A stretch of 64,000 nucleotides of DNA from Terriglobia bacterium (GCA_963666975.2 CAXVYR010000003.1:32001-96000), one strand, 5' to 3'; positions 31,601 to 42,223 are shown, counted from the first letter of the stretch. Numbers and translations are program-made. The notes: a model not told the origin generated them from the sequence alone.

Positions 31601-31668
31601 CCTTGGCATGGGGCATTGGGGTCTGGCTGTTCCGGAGGACGGCGCGAGAGGCGATTCGGGAGGGGTAA
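28615..31668 (+). CDS. FtsX/MacB-type ABC permease (double-length)
   Basis: Two FtsX-like modules (QRRLIGLALIRG; DRRTFGLLRLRG), large periplasmic loops, DDHSH motif. Confidence 0.85.
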   Translation: MNRIVLHWFLLRVVGRRVMLGYGVVALLSVAILASLYMASRYGLEAYVDDQLGRIPWEISVIQRGETYRYAELQEKYRQRAGVREVQGLGFLRVRNLSPVRLEAGNQAVPVRWIVFVSASSEGLLPPELRRGLEENGGSGSSPRVIEAALVGAPGTAAGGGSLGSIRAGSALRVSVALDPEGFATVPDDHSHGPGAIEQDSLRVLFEGELASNPLQIDRQEFNRWMLREVGSLTYLPEESIVLPVPMEDFQRLASQFHDLFLTSEGVHGGGAAPTYVPEMTHLIGVDRERFVSTWDLYGSLRRLEPEVRDIFREAQRLTPFSWANSDLVLLLSRMNAIARLISLATLLVSIPLLWMGWVLARWLGRLLVLDQRRLIGLALIRGVASRDAGRAVLLALGLGGAIGGLAGLLLGTGLPILGYSLAGRAVPPQIVLLEAVVYFGAFLIVGVALAVLSGRDVLRFVRRLTPREAISRAEGEAAEKAAPALSRYDVGSFLVALALGSYKIGSWIAGQSPLLDASRDLLPNGVVQALVVLEGVLNFVAVPLLLYGLAGLLLWRVALVQKVIGKLTAPLVGSLDWFVSQYMALRRQRVAQLLFVAGMATALSLMPQVAGDGFYDRVVRGVRTSLGSEMLLEFDLQALGSDLVGPAALGRYQQALQPQVNRLREMIASDDDVATVEVIQQFLIPSIYIPGQSGLLLNLIEDPGHYLAMVQYEDGLGLTRSFPDAIASLEDGKVLGSLGLFRLRAIQLEKPVILGYDSRGEEILSQFDDIVAFLPGQPARAIEQREGFATAEIDYLNYLLTADARMVFSQEQLLQSPNLQELTVVPSRAVFLITTRNGVAGAELAARLSTRLPWKAEQARWEAAERERLGKDMFVSLAMENMRVYMIGSLLLACASVGAIALSNFVADRRTFGLLRLRGVAPSLLLRITLSFFLLPVMAGVLVGIAVGAVSGFGLSQAIWDLPRVHGIGDFLSNQLIFSATAGVITVTLIAIFAALAWGIGVWLFRRTAREAIREG

Positions 31669-31688
31669 AGAGAGGGGTAAAGAAAAGA

Positions 31689-32417
31689 ATGGTGATGAGG
31701 AGTCTGTTCCGCCGGTCGGGGATGGAGTGTTCTATCCGGGGGTTGGTGAAGCAATACGAAGTTGGTGACAGTATCTATCCGGTCTTAAAAGGGATCAACT
31801 GCGATATGCAGCCCGGGCAAGTGGCCATCATCCAGGGTCCCAGCGGATGCGGCAAGACTACTTTTCTAAATTTGCTGGGAGGCATCGACGAGCCGGACGG
31901 CGGCCAGATCCGAATCGGCGGGGTTAATCTGGAAAGGGTTGAGTCCGACTTGGCCCGTTACCGGCTGTTGGACGTGGGGTTCGTGTTCCAGGCCTTCAAT
32001 CTGATCCCCGGCCTTTCCGGCCTCGACAATTTGCAGCTGCCCATGGCCGTCGCCGGCCGCCGGCACAACGAGAGAGTCGAGCGGTCCCATGACCTGCTGG
32101 AACTGGTGGGAATGCGGGAGATGGCCGCCAAGCAGCCCGATGAGCTGAGCGGCGGCGAGCAACAGCGCGTCGCCATTGCCATAGCGCTGGTCAACGACCC
32201 GCCGCTGATTCTCGCCGATGAGCCGACGGGGAATCTCGACAGCGTCAACGGCGGGATCGTCGCCGACCTGCTCTGCGCGCTGGCCCGCGACCACGGAAAG
32301 ACGGTGGTCATCTGCACGCACGATCCGGCCGTCGGCGTCCGCGGTGACCAGATCTTACGCATGCGCGACGGCCTCATCACAGACAACGGGCAGAACGCAA
32401 CGCCAACAACTTCCTGA
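31689..32417 (+). CDS. ABC ATP-binding protein (LolD/MacB-like)
   Basis: GPSGCGKTT, LSGGEQQRVA, ILADEPTGNLD, CTHD. Confidence 0.93.
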   Translation: MVMRSLFRRSGMECSIRGLVKQYEVGDSIYPVLKGINCDMQPGQVAIIQGPSGCGKTTFLNLLGGIDEPDGGQIRIGGVNLERVESDLARYRLLDVGFVFQAFNLIPGLSGLDNLQLPMAVAGRRHNERVERSHDLLELVGMREMAAKQPDELSGGEQQRVAIAIALVNDPPLILADEPTGNLDSVNGGIVADLLCALARDHGKTVVICTHDPAVGVRGDQILRMRDGLITDNGQNATPTTS

Positions 32418-33268
32418 TAAGCCTCAAAAAGGAAAGCGAGACACCTGTCGTCCGCAGAAAATATATCAAAATATACTTCGAGATTGAAAGAACCTAGGAA
32501 CAATAGACTTACATCATTGTGATGAGATGTGGCATTCTTTACTGATGATCGGCCCTGACCGAACCCGGAATTTTGTACCATCGATAAGGGCAAAGGCCCC
32601 GACGCATCCTGCGTAGACTTTGGTTGGTTTGGAGACAGAAGACTGCGGGAGGAAGGAGCCTTCGCCCTTATCCAATCAACTTCAGGGTGAGTTTCCGGCT
32701 ATTTGCAGGTCCATCAGATCGCGGAGAGACCTTACAGCATTACCGGCCACATGACACGCTACTCGTAAAAGTGCCCTTGGCCTGCGCAAGATCTCCGTAC
32801 GAGAACCTGTCCTCGACGATTACTCGCGAGTAACGCCGTAGTGTTTACCGATCCGGTACGACTTGGCCGTAAAGTCGGCATCTCGGAAACTAGAGCCTTT
32901 GAATCGATTTCTTCAATAACCGTCGCGAACACTTCTTCCCACTAATAAGCAAGATTTCTCCCGTCAAACATCCTTTTCGATTTTGAACTGTGAGATAGGG
33001 GCAGTGAGGGCAAGCCACCCGCGTCGGGATTGGAGCGGGTAGTCAAGGACGGTCGTGACGAGATGATCGCAGTACACCGGTCAAAACCAACTACTTCTGG
33101 CCGGTCTCCGGTCAATCCGGCAAGCTTTTTGTTTTCTGGGCCTCCCATAAAATTCACACAGGATAATTTTGGCAGGCTCAGACGAGCCCCCGATTACCTA
33201 CCAACGTTTCCGCTCCATCCCGCGACGAACGTCAGTCCGGATCGCGATTCCGGTCTCGCGATCCTTTC

Positions 33269-34897
33269 CCAGGGATTTCAGAAGATTCGTTTGGCAGGAA
33301 CAAGAATCAACCCTTTTTGTAACAATATCTATATCTATAGCAATTATGGGTGAGAGCCAAAAACAGGTGTTTCAACTGTCATTCAACCGGATTCTACGGG
33401 TTACTTTTCATGGATCACGGGTGACGTCCAACGGTGGACTGATTCTGGTGCGGGAGTTGGACGAGCGATTGGGATTCGGCGAACTCGTCGAACAGCACTT
33501 GACCGACTCTCGGGCAAACAATGCGCGGTTGTCTTTTACGGACCTACTTCGACAGTCGGTCTACAGCCGTCTGGCTGGATACGAGGATGTGAACGATGCC
33601 GAGGGGCTATCTCAGGACCCGGCGTTGCGGCTGATCGGTTCGGAGAAGATTTGGGATCGAGGGGCGGCTCTGACTTCTCGGTTGCAAACCTTCGAGACGG
33701 AACTTCTGGCTGAGGAGGAAAACTTCGCGGGGCTGGCACGGGTGAACCGAGAGCTGATCGGCAATGCAGAAGCGATCAATTCGCCGCACCGAACAGTGTT
33801 GGACATGGATTCGACCGAGATTCCGGTCTACGGCGAACAGGAGAATAGCGCCTACAACGGGCATTTCGAGTCGAGCTGCTATCACCCGTTGTTGCTGTTC
33901 AATCGCGAGGGTGACTGTTTGGCAGCCAAGCTACGACCCGGTAACGTCCACAGCGCCGATGACTGGGAAGAACTTCTCCTGCCGGAGATCGAGCGGCAGC
34001 AGAAGCTGGGCAAGGAAGTGGTGTTTCGTGCCGACGCGGCCTTTGCCAAGCCGGAGATCTACGAGGCTCTGGAGGAGCGCGGCGTGAAGTACGCCATCCG
34101 CATCCCGGCCAACGAAAGCCTACAGCGGGACATTGAGGAGTTGCTGACTCGGCCGGTGGGAAGACCCAGTGTGAAGCCGTTGGTGGAGTACAAGGGCTTT
34201 CTCTATCAAGCAGCGAGTTGGGGTAAGGCGAGACGGGTCGTTGCCAAGGTTGAACATCACCAGGGAGAGATGTTCCCGCGAGTGGGTTTCATCGTGACTA
34301 ATTTAACCTTGCCGAGTCGGGCGGTCGTGCGTTTTTACAACAAGCGCGGTACGGCCGAGCAGTGGATCAAGGAAGGCAAACAGGCGGTGAAGATGACGCG
34401 GCTAAGTTGTCACCGGTTCCGGTCGAACGAGGTCCGGCTGTGGCTCACCATCATTGCCTATAATCTGGGAAATCTATGGCGGCGACTGGTGCTGCCACAG
34501 AGAATCGGGAACTGGTCCTTGACGAGCTTGCAGCAGCGGTTGGTGAAAACCGGAGGACGCCTGATTAAGCATGCCCGCTACTATTGGCTATTGCTGGCAG
34601 AGAGCCATCTGACTCGGCGGCTGTTTGCCAGCATGCTGGGGCGTATAAATGGGCTGTCGCTTCCGTCGGGATAGCCCAGGCTGCGGCACCCAAGAAAACC
34701 ATTCCGCTATCTCCCAGGAATGGAGAGGTGTCTGAAAAAGTTGCTTCTGGAAGCTCAAGCTACAGGCTTTCAGGGCCCGAAAAAGGGGGCTGGGAGCCGG
34801 TGGGACCGTCTGAGAGAAAATTCGTGCTCGGAGGGCTCCACTGGATGCAAAGGGGTGTATATTCGTTACCGTCGGGAGGCCAAAAAGTTTATTCCGG
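33269..34897 (+). mobile_element. IS1380-family element; transposase 33346-34674 (ends approximate)
   Basis: VTSNGGL, GYEDVND, LDMDST, LRPGN, RADAAF, YNKRGTAEQWIKEGK. Confidence 0.88.
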
Positions 34898-35019
34898 CTT
34901 GTAGCTGACATGCAGCTCAATTCTATTCTCGTGTACTATTTCCGGAGATGTTCTAGAATCGACTACAACGGGTAAGCTGGAAGGGGCTCTTAACCTTCCT
35001 CAATTTTCGGAGGTTGGTG

Positions 35020-35484
35020 ATGCGGTTAGTGCTCGAAGTAAACGGTCGATCCCACACCGTGGATGTCGAACCGGACACGCCGCTACTGTACGTGCTGCGC
35101 AACGATTTGCAGCTGGATGGGCCCAAGTTTGGCTGCGGTCTTGCGCAGTGCGGCGCTTGCACGGTGATCCTGGATGGCCAGGCCATCCGCTCTTGCGTCA
35201 CGCGCGTGTCTGCGGCGCAGGGACATCAGGTAATGACGCTGGAAGCTCTCGGGACGTTGAACCGCCCACACCCGCTCCAGCAGGCATTCATTGACGAACA
35301 AGCCACCCAATGCGGCTACTGTGCGAACGGGATGATCATGACGGCCAAAGCGCTCTTGGACAAGAATCCCCATCCGACCGATGCGGAGATCCGGCAGGCG
35401 CTGGCGGGCAACTTGTGCCGATGTGGCACGCAACCCCGAGTCGTTCGGGCGGTGATGCGCGCAGCGGAGATGGTGGGACGGTGA
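35020..35484 (+). CDS. (2Fe-2S) small subunit of a xanthine-oxidase-family molybdoenzyme (IorA/NicA-like)
   Basis: GCGLAQCGACTV, QCGYC, NLCRC. Confidence 0.93.
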   Translation: MRLVLEVNGRSHTVDVEPDTPLLYVLRNDLQLDGPKFGCGLAQCGACTVILDGQAIRSCVTRVSAAQGHQVMTLEALGTLNRPHPLQQAFIDEQATQCGYCANGMIMTAKALLDKNPHPTDAEIRQALAGNLCRCGTQPRVVRAVMRAAEMVGR

Positions 35485-37745
35485 TGAGCAAAAAGATCAC
35501 TCGGCGGGAATTTGTCAAGGACACGGGCGTCCTGGTCGTAAGCATCAGCGTGGTGAACCGTCTTCCCAGGCTCGTGGCCTCGCAGACGGCTCCCGAAGCT
35601 GGCTCCGCTATTCTCCGGAGTGTGGCACCAGAGGAGCTAGACTCATGGCTGGCGATTGCCCAGGACGGGAAGGTGACGCTGTACACGGGTCGGGTGGACA
35701 TTGGGACCGGCGTGGAGACCTCCTATGCTCAGATTGTGGCCGACGAACTTGACCTCGCCTTCGAGCATGTGAAGGTCATCATGGGTGACACGGGGCTGAC
35801 GCCCGATCAGAGCAAATCGACGGCCAGCACTGCCACCTCGATGGCCGCCCAGCCAATCCGCATAGCTGCAGCGGAAGCGCGGCAGGTGCTGCTGAACCTC
35901 GCGTCGAAGCATCTCAACACCCCGGTCGGCGAGCTGACGGTCAACGAGGGTGTTATCAGCCTCCGGGATGATTCTTCCAAGAAGATCTCTTATGGGGAGC
36001 TGATTGGCGGCAAACGGTTCGACGTTAAGTTGAAAGTGCTGGAAACGGGCATGTGGGGCCCAAAGCTGGCTGGCACCGCGAAACCCAAAGTCCCGAGCCA
36101 GTACACGATTGTAGGCAAGCCGATCCCGCACGTGGATATTCCGCCGAAGGTGACCGGCTCATACAAATTTGTCCATGATGTTCGGGTTCCGGGGATGCTC
36201 CACGGCCGGGTGGCCCGCCCGCCCGCCTTGGGCGCCACGCTGCTCAGAGTGGACCCGGACTCTGTGCGTCATATTCCAGGCGTGAGGGTCGTTCACAAAG
36301 CCAATTTCGTCGGCGTGGTTGCCGAGCGCGAAGAACACGCCATCCGGGCTGCGGGAGAACTCAGGTGCGCCTGGTCGAAATGGAGCGGTCTGCCGGACTA
36401 CCAGGACCTGTACCAGGCTGTGCGCACCGCTCCGCTTATAGAGCGGCGGTCGCGCGACGAAAAGGGCGACGTGGAAGCGGCCCTGCAGGGGGCAGTTAGG
36501 TCGGCGAAGGCCACCTACCACTATCCCGTCCAGTTGCACGGGATGATCGGTCCTTCCTGCGCCATCGCGGACGTGAAGGACGGCGGAGCGACGATCTGGT
36601 CGGGGGCGCAGTGGGTTCAGGGAAACCGCTACGATATCGCCCAAATGTTGGGGCTGTCGCCGGAAAAGGTCCGTGTGATCTGGGTGGCAGCGGCCGGATG
36701 CTACGGACGGCTCTCTGTGGATGACGCGGCGCATGACGCGGCGCTGATGTCGCAGGTGGTTGGCAGGCCCGTGCGCGTCCAGTGGATGCGGCACGACGAG
36801 CACGGATGGGAGCCCGTGAGCACGCCGATGGTGATGGATTTACTTGCGGGCCTGGACGCCCGGGGCAACGTGGTGGCCTTTGACTTTGAGGGGTGGTCCT
36901 CCAGCCATTCCAGCGGAGAACGAGGCAATTCCGTCGCGTGGCGCCTCCTGGGGACGGCGCCGGGGCATAAGCGGCTCAGCGGTGGTGTGGGTGACCACCC
37001 CTACAATTTTCCAAACCGGCGGGTGGCGCTGAACTATGTACAGCCGTTGTTTCGCACCCTTTATCTGCGAGCGCCCGGAGGCCTGCAAAACAACTTTGCC
37101 ATCGAGTCCTTTATGGACGAACTGGCGGCGGCACAGGGAGTTGACCCCATCGATTTCCGGCTTCGGTATCTGGAAGATGCGCGTGCTGTCGCGACTCTTA
37201 AGGCGGCGGCACAGAAATTCGGCTGGGACTCCCGACCGTCACCCAGGAAAGGGGCCGGAGGCTCCGGTGTTGCCACGGGTCGCGGAGTCTCGCTGGCATG
37301 GCAGTCGATTGGCGAATATGCGGTAGGCCAGCGGGTGGCGATGGTTGCTGAGGTGGAGGTCCACCGGGACACAGGCCGGGTGCGCGTCACAAGGGCTGTG
37401 GTCGCCTCGGACTGCGGGTTGATCATTAACCCAAACGGACTGCAGCAGCAGGTGGAAGGGGCTGTTCTCCAGGGGATCAGCCGCGTACTGATGGAGGAGG
37501 TCAAATTCGACCGCTCGAAGGTCACGAGTCTGAACTGGAACTCGTACCCGATTCTCACGTTCCCGGAGACTCCGGAGGTAGAGGTCGTCCTGATCAACCG
37601 GCCCGATATCCCGTCGTCGGGCATAGGCGAGTTAGCGACTATTCCGACGGGTGGTGCCGTCGCCAACGCCATTTTCGACGCTATTGGCCTGCGGCTGCGC
37701 CAGGTCCCGTTTACACCCGACCGGGTCAAGCCCACTTTGGGTTAA
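35484..37745 (+). CDS. Molybdopterin-binding large subunit (IorB/NicB-like), Tat signal
   Basis: TRREFVK, GRVDIGTG, AGCYGR, LRAPG, QQVEG, GIGE; start overlaps the upstream stop. Confidence 0.9.
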   Translation: MSKKITRREFVKDTGVLVVSISVVNRLPRLVASQTAPEAGSAILRSVAPEELDSWLAIAQDGKVTLYTGRVDIGTGVETSYAQIVADELDLAFEHVKVIMGDTGLTPDQSKSTASTATSMAAQPIRIAAAEARQVLLNLASKHLNTPVGELTVNEGVISLRDDSSKKISYGELIGGKRFDVKLKVLETGMWGPKLAGTAKPKVPSQYTIVGKPIPHVDIPPKVTGSYKFVHDVRVPGMLHGRVARPPALGATLLRVDPDSVRHIPGVRVVHKANFVGVVAEREEHAIRAAGELRCAWSKWSGLPDYQDLYQAVRTAPLIERRSRDEKGDVEAALQGAVRSAKATYHYPVQLHGMIGPSCAIADVKDGGATIWSGAQWVQGNRYDIAQMLGLSPEKVRVIWVAAAGCYGRLSVDDAAHDAALMSQVVGRPVRVQWMRHDEHGWEPVSTPMVMDLLAGLDARGNVVAFDFEGWSSSHSSGERGNSVAWRLLGTAPGHKRLSGGVGDHPYNFPNRRVALNYVQPLFRTLYLRAPGGLQNNFAIESFMDELAAAQGVDPIDFRLRYLEDARAVATLKAAAQKFGWDSRPSPRKGAGGSGVATGRGVSLAWQSIGEYAVGQRVAMVAEVEVHRDTGRVRVTRAVVASDCGLIINPNGLQQQVEGAVLQGISRVLMEEVKFDRSKVTSLNWNSYPILTFPETPEVEVVLINRPDIPSSGIGELATIPTGGAVANAIFDAIGLRLRQVPFTPDRVKPTLG

Positions 37746-38189
37746 GTGACTGTAAGTCCGAACCACCATTCAGTGATTTTTGACGAGCCCTGGATAAATG
37801 TCACCAGGTTACCGGATTTCCCGCAGTAATAGATTAGACGTTCCCCCGAGAATCAGCTAGGTGCTGCTTGATGAGTTCACCGAATCCCAAGCGTTCGTCC
37901 AACTCGTGTGGTCAAAAAACTCATGCACGGATTTAGTTGGACAGTCGACCCCGTCTGTCTCCGATCCAGGCAGGACAACACGGCATCATCACTCATTCGC
38001 CGTGTTCTCCAGGCAGGTAAGGAATCAATCCGCGTCGCACTGCTTCCTCTTGAATTTCCCGCGGAGCCTCGCGAGCATCTATGACCAGCCCGTTGACCAT
38101 TATCTGTGACACTGTCGGGTTATCCGCCAGCCTACTCGCTAAAGTCCAGCGCGGGTCAAACACATAGATTTTCAGGCTCTCTTCGATTC

Positions 38190-38444
38190 GGTGCTTCCGC
38201 AATCTGGTGTTGTTAAGCAGCCTCTGAAATCGCCGAGTCTTCCCGACCGGGCGAATTCGCTTCGAAGATGAACACACAGACGGTCCTGACCAAGCACAAA
38301 AAGTTCGGGACGGACGTGAAGACATCGCGGAACGTCAGCCGTTTTTGGGTCAGGCCTGCCTGCATCGCCGGAGTTCGGACTTCGCGCCCAAACTTCAGAG
38401 CCCGATGAGGCCTGAGGAAGTTGTAATGGCATCGCAGCAGCTCC
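38190..38444 (-). mobile_element. IS1-family element, 3' part
   Basis: HYNFLRPHRAL..RTPAMQAGL; terminus GGTGCTTCCGCAA at 38190, inverted match to 10299-10311; junction approximate. Confidence 0.7.
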
Positions 38445-38885
38445 CGATGATGCTTCAGCGCCTTGCGAAAGAAGGCCTTCGCCGCTGCGATGCCACGTGC
38501 CCGACTGAGAAAGAACTCCACAGTGTTGCCCTGTCCGTCCACGGCTCGATACAGGTACATCCACTGGCCCCGCACCTTGATAAACGTTTCATCAACCCGC
38601 CAACTCCCACCCACCGGTCGTTCGAATCGGCTCCAACGCCTTTCGCAGGTTTCGGCATAGCGAACGACCCACCGCAAGATTGTGGTGTGCGAAATCGGTA
38701 AACCCCGCTCACCTAAAATCTCGACCAGGTCCCGGTAACTCAGTTTGAAGCGGAAATACCAGCGAAGGCAGAGAAGAATGATGTCGTCTTCGAACCAACG
38801 TCCGGCAAATAGAGGATTCCGTTCCGTTTTGCGATGCGCCATATCTCATTATCGCCAATCTCCGTTGGTTGTCTGCACCAGAACC
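38445..38885 (-). mobile_element. IS6-family element, 5' part (transposase from 38842)
   Basis: LSYRDL, HTTILRWV, WRVDETFIKVRG.W.YLYRAVD; terminus GGTTCTGGTGCA. Confidence 0.85.
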
Positions 38886-41201
38886 CCTTTGGAAGCTTTC
38901 CCGCCCAATCGGCAGAGAACCGCAATACAATTCCACCGTTTCCGGATCGCCTAAAAGGGGCATCTTCAATTCCACCCTTCTTAGCGATAATTCCTGCGAA
39001 AGCTTACTGAAGGCGGCCTCGTTGATCTCGATGCCCTCGACGTTGTAATGCAGCAGGAATTCCTCCGAGGCGCCGCCGGATTCGGCGTCGGGCAGCAACT
39101 GCATCACAAAGACCCGGAAGAACCGGTTCTTCTGGCCCACCACCCGCTTCGCCAGTTTGCCGCAACTGGAAAGCCGGTCGGATTCATTCAGCGCTTTGGA
39201 GATCATAATCGGGGTCTCGCCGTCCATCAGGTACATGGGAGCCGCAGGCTGAAAACTGATGCCGATTCCCAGCTCCAGCAGCGGCAACTGTTTCCGCGCG
39301 GCCTGGTCGTTGACCGCCCGGACCCCCTCAATCATATCTCTGGCTAAACAGGAGATTCGGGCCACGGAGTTTGTGCCCAGGGTATCCTTCTCCCGCTCCA
39401 GGATCGCCAAAATCACGGCGTCCCCTTCCAGAAACACTTTGAAAGCGCCGTAGCGGGGCAGCAGTTTGGTGATCGGCTGAAAAAAATTGAGACTAAAGTA
39501 AGAGGCCGGATTCAATCCCCTGGAATACAGCTGGGCCGTGATGGAGGTGGAGTCCCGGATGTCGGCTTTCAGGATAGCGTGGCTAGAGACCTTGTCCTCC
39601 AGCGGCCCATGTTCCTCCGCCAGAAGAAACCGGTAGAGGGTGCGGTTGATCTCGGAAAGTTCCAGTTGCTTCCGGTCAACGGGAAGGTGGACATGCTCCA
39701 TCAAGCTCCGCACCAGGTGAAAGTCGCGCAGATCGTGCTGGTAGCGCATATAGTCGGAAAGGAAGCGGACCAGCACAGCCCGTATCTCCTTGCTCCCGGC
39801 GTCGCGGACCCGGCGCGCCGCTTCCTCCAGCGTGGCGGTGGAAGCGGTGGGGAGGCGGTATTCGCGAATCAGGTGCGCCACTTTCTTTCTCTCGCCTTCC
39901 TCCACCAGCGCTTCTTTCAGTTGCTGCGGGTGGATCGGAGGACAAAAGTCCTGATAAATTCTGGCTGTTTCATAGGCCGCCAGGATATAGGGAATCAGCC
40001 CGGCTTGGTGAAATTGATCGTAGAGTTTCTCGAGGGCTTCCTTTTGCTCTCCGGCTTTTTGCTTCAGGAACGCGATTTTTTCCGCTCCGGCTTTTTCCTT
40101 CCGCGCCTCCGCAAGCTGCTGCTCGGACTGAAAGGCGTCCACCAATAAAACGGCATTGGCCGGCGCAGCGGCGATGGCATCTATGCGGGCCGCATAAGAA
40201 TCCGAGATCAGGTGAAACGCTTCCAGTTGCCCGTTCAGCCGGCTTTCTATGGACGCAATCTCTAACTTCAGCTCGGCCGGGTCTTGTGTTTCCGTCCGTC
40301 CGCCCAGGGAGAAAAATCCCCGCTTCGTTCCCTGTTCCTCCACTTGCTTGCGCAGGGTCTCCCGACGCAGGCTCAGTTCCGCGCAGGACTCCCGGCGGGA
40401 ATAGTAATTTTGAAACTCCTCCGAGTGAGAGTCGGCCCATTCCAGCAAGCTCCGCACCTGCTCGTCGACCAGTTCCAGCCGGTCCGGGTCCCTCTGGAAA
40501 TTTCCCAGCAAAATGTAGTGCTCCAGATTTAGATAATCGTCCTTCCCGTCCTCGGTGAAAATCAATGGATTGGAAAAGACGGCGTGCGGCTCCGAGGCCT
40601 CGCTGCCGAAAAAGGACTCGCGCGTCTTGCGAACCACGTCACCGCGCGCCTCGTTGACCATTCCCAGCAGTTCCTGACCCGCCCGGCGCAGAATGATTTT
40701 TCTGTTTTTTTGGAAATTGCCGAACTGTTCTTGCAGTTGGTAGCCGCGTGGCCGGTGATCCCGTCCCGGCCCCTCAAACAATTTCAACTTCTCGCGCGCT
40801 TGGACGGTGATCGCGGCGTGCTGCGCTTGCAACTCCCCAACCATATACTTGAAGACCGCCGTTTGAACCAGCACCTCCAGTTGAGGGTTTTTCTCGACAT
40901 TGGCGCGTTTCAGCACAGCCACCAGCAAGTCTTGCAAGCTCTGCTTCACCTCTTTTTTATCAGATGGTTTGGGTTGGCCTGGAGGGTTGTGCATAAGCTC
41001 TGCCGCGCCGGAATGCTTGAGAACTACTTGCAACAAGAGAGGCCGGCAGAACTCCAGGAAACGGGGGCTGAGACAGACGTCAAACCGGATGTTGTCAATG
41101 CCGGGGATCAACTGATCGGTCTTGACAGCGGGCGCGTAGGAGTGGAAGGAGAAGGGGTGCTGCGGCTTTGCAGAAGCGGATTTGGAGAATAGGGCGCTCA
41201 T
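38886..41201 (-). pseudogene. Large helical protein with C-terminal class III nucleotide cyclase-like domain, 3' end cut by IS6
   Basis: KADIRDST, LEGDAVI, LGIGI, ALNESDRL; coiled-coil middle. Confidence 0.65.
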
Positions 41202-41436
41202 CGCTGGTTGTCCGAGGGTTGTCCGAGTAGCCCTTGGTATGAAGGGGCAGGGGTAACGCCAGCTTCTGGCTCCGGAAGCAACTATAACAAAACCCGTGAC
41301 CACCAGCAAAGCCCGTTGCGGCCCGATGGCTGCTCCGGCTCGGTAACCTCAATGATTCCCCTTGCACATCGCAGCGGGAAAAAACGGCAAGAAACGAAAA
41401 ATGATCTGCAGTAGAAAATTTGGGTAGAATGTCCAA

Positions 41437-41673
41437 ATGTTTCCTGAAGCGGCCCCCCTGCGTTGCGTACATCTAAACCGGCTTGGCCGTCAATGTCCTT
41501 CCGAGGCGCTTCCGGAGGACGTGTTTTGCGCGGCCCACTCGCCCGACCGGGAACTTGAATCGCCGGAGCCGGACAATCGCCGCCCTTCCATCTATCGCTT
41601 GGTGGCGCTCCTGCTGCTGCTCATTTTTCTTTTCAATGCCTATCAGACTGTTCTCGGATGGCTGGGATGGTAG
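41437..41673 (+). CDS. Small membrane protein with C-C-C-H motif
   Basis: C-x9-C-x10-C-x2-H followed by one TM helix; TAGAAT just upstream. Confidence 0.45.
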   Translation: MFPEAAPLRCVHLNRLGRQCPSEALPEDVFCAAHSPDRELESPEPDNRRPSIYRLVALLLLLIFLFNAYQTVLGWLGW

Positions 41674-41781
41674 GATTGCTTTGTCGTTCTGCGCTGAGCA
41701 CAAGCCTGGTAGATTCTCTCTTGAGTTACAAGGTTTTTTCTCTTTTGGAGGATGCCGAAGGAACCTTTTCTCTTATTGGAT

Positions 41782-41900
41782 TCATGCAACCTTCATGGTA
41801 CAAAGCTCCGAGGCGAGCGGAAAGAGCTTGGCCCCGTCGTAAGCCTGGCGATGTTTGAACATGCCGAAGATGGCGTGCAAGAGCTTCCGCATGACGGCCA
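41782..41900 (-). pseudogene. IS110-family transposase C-terminal remnant
   Basis: VAVMRKLLHAIFGMFKHRQAYD. Confidence 0.6.
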
Positions 41901-42036
41901 CGCCCATATCTTCGACGCCCCGCACTTGATCGTCTTCCCTGCCCTGGCCGTGATGCTGGCTGTTCTTGCCTTCAATTTCCTGGGAGATGCGCTCCGCGAC
42001 TACCTGGACCCGCGATTGAATAAGGAGTTCCTGTAA
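41900..42036 (+). pseudogene. DppC/OppC-like permease C-terminal remnant
   Basis: APHLIVFPALAVMLAVLAFNFLGDALRDYLDPR. Confidence 0.8.
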
Positions 42037-42223
42037 GCGGGAGGCAACTGGCCGCGAAGAGGACAGTCGCGGAATGTGAAGGTGTTTCCACAAGAAAGCT
42101 TTTGAGATGGAATTAGTGTGCTATAATAATTTGTAGTCAGTGGAAGCTGACTAAACCTCCGGTGGAAACTGGAGGCCGTCATTAGACGGAAAATCCCAAT
42201 GCTGTCTGCCTTGGAGAAACCGT

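Noticed and set aside
31176-31688. Long N-terminal extensions in the ORF track (also 33169, 35310, 1120)
   Set aside because: They overlap upstream genes or IS ends, or carry no family motifs; downstream ATGs fit family starts
32418-33268. 850-bp spacer as ncRNA or gene
   Set aside because: No recognisable RNA motif or credible ORF; left unannotated
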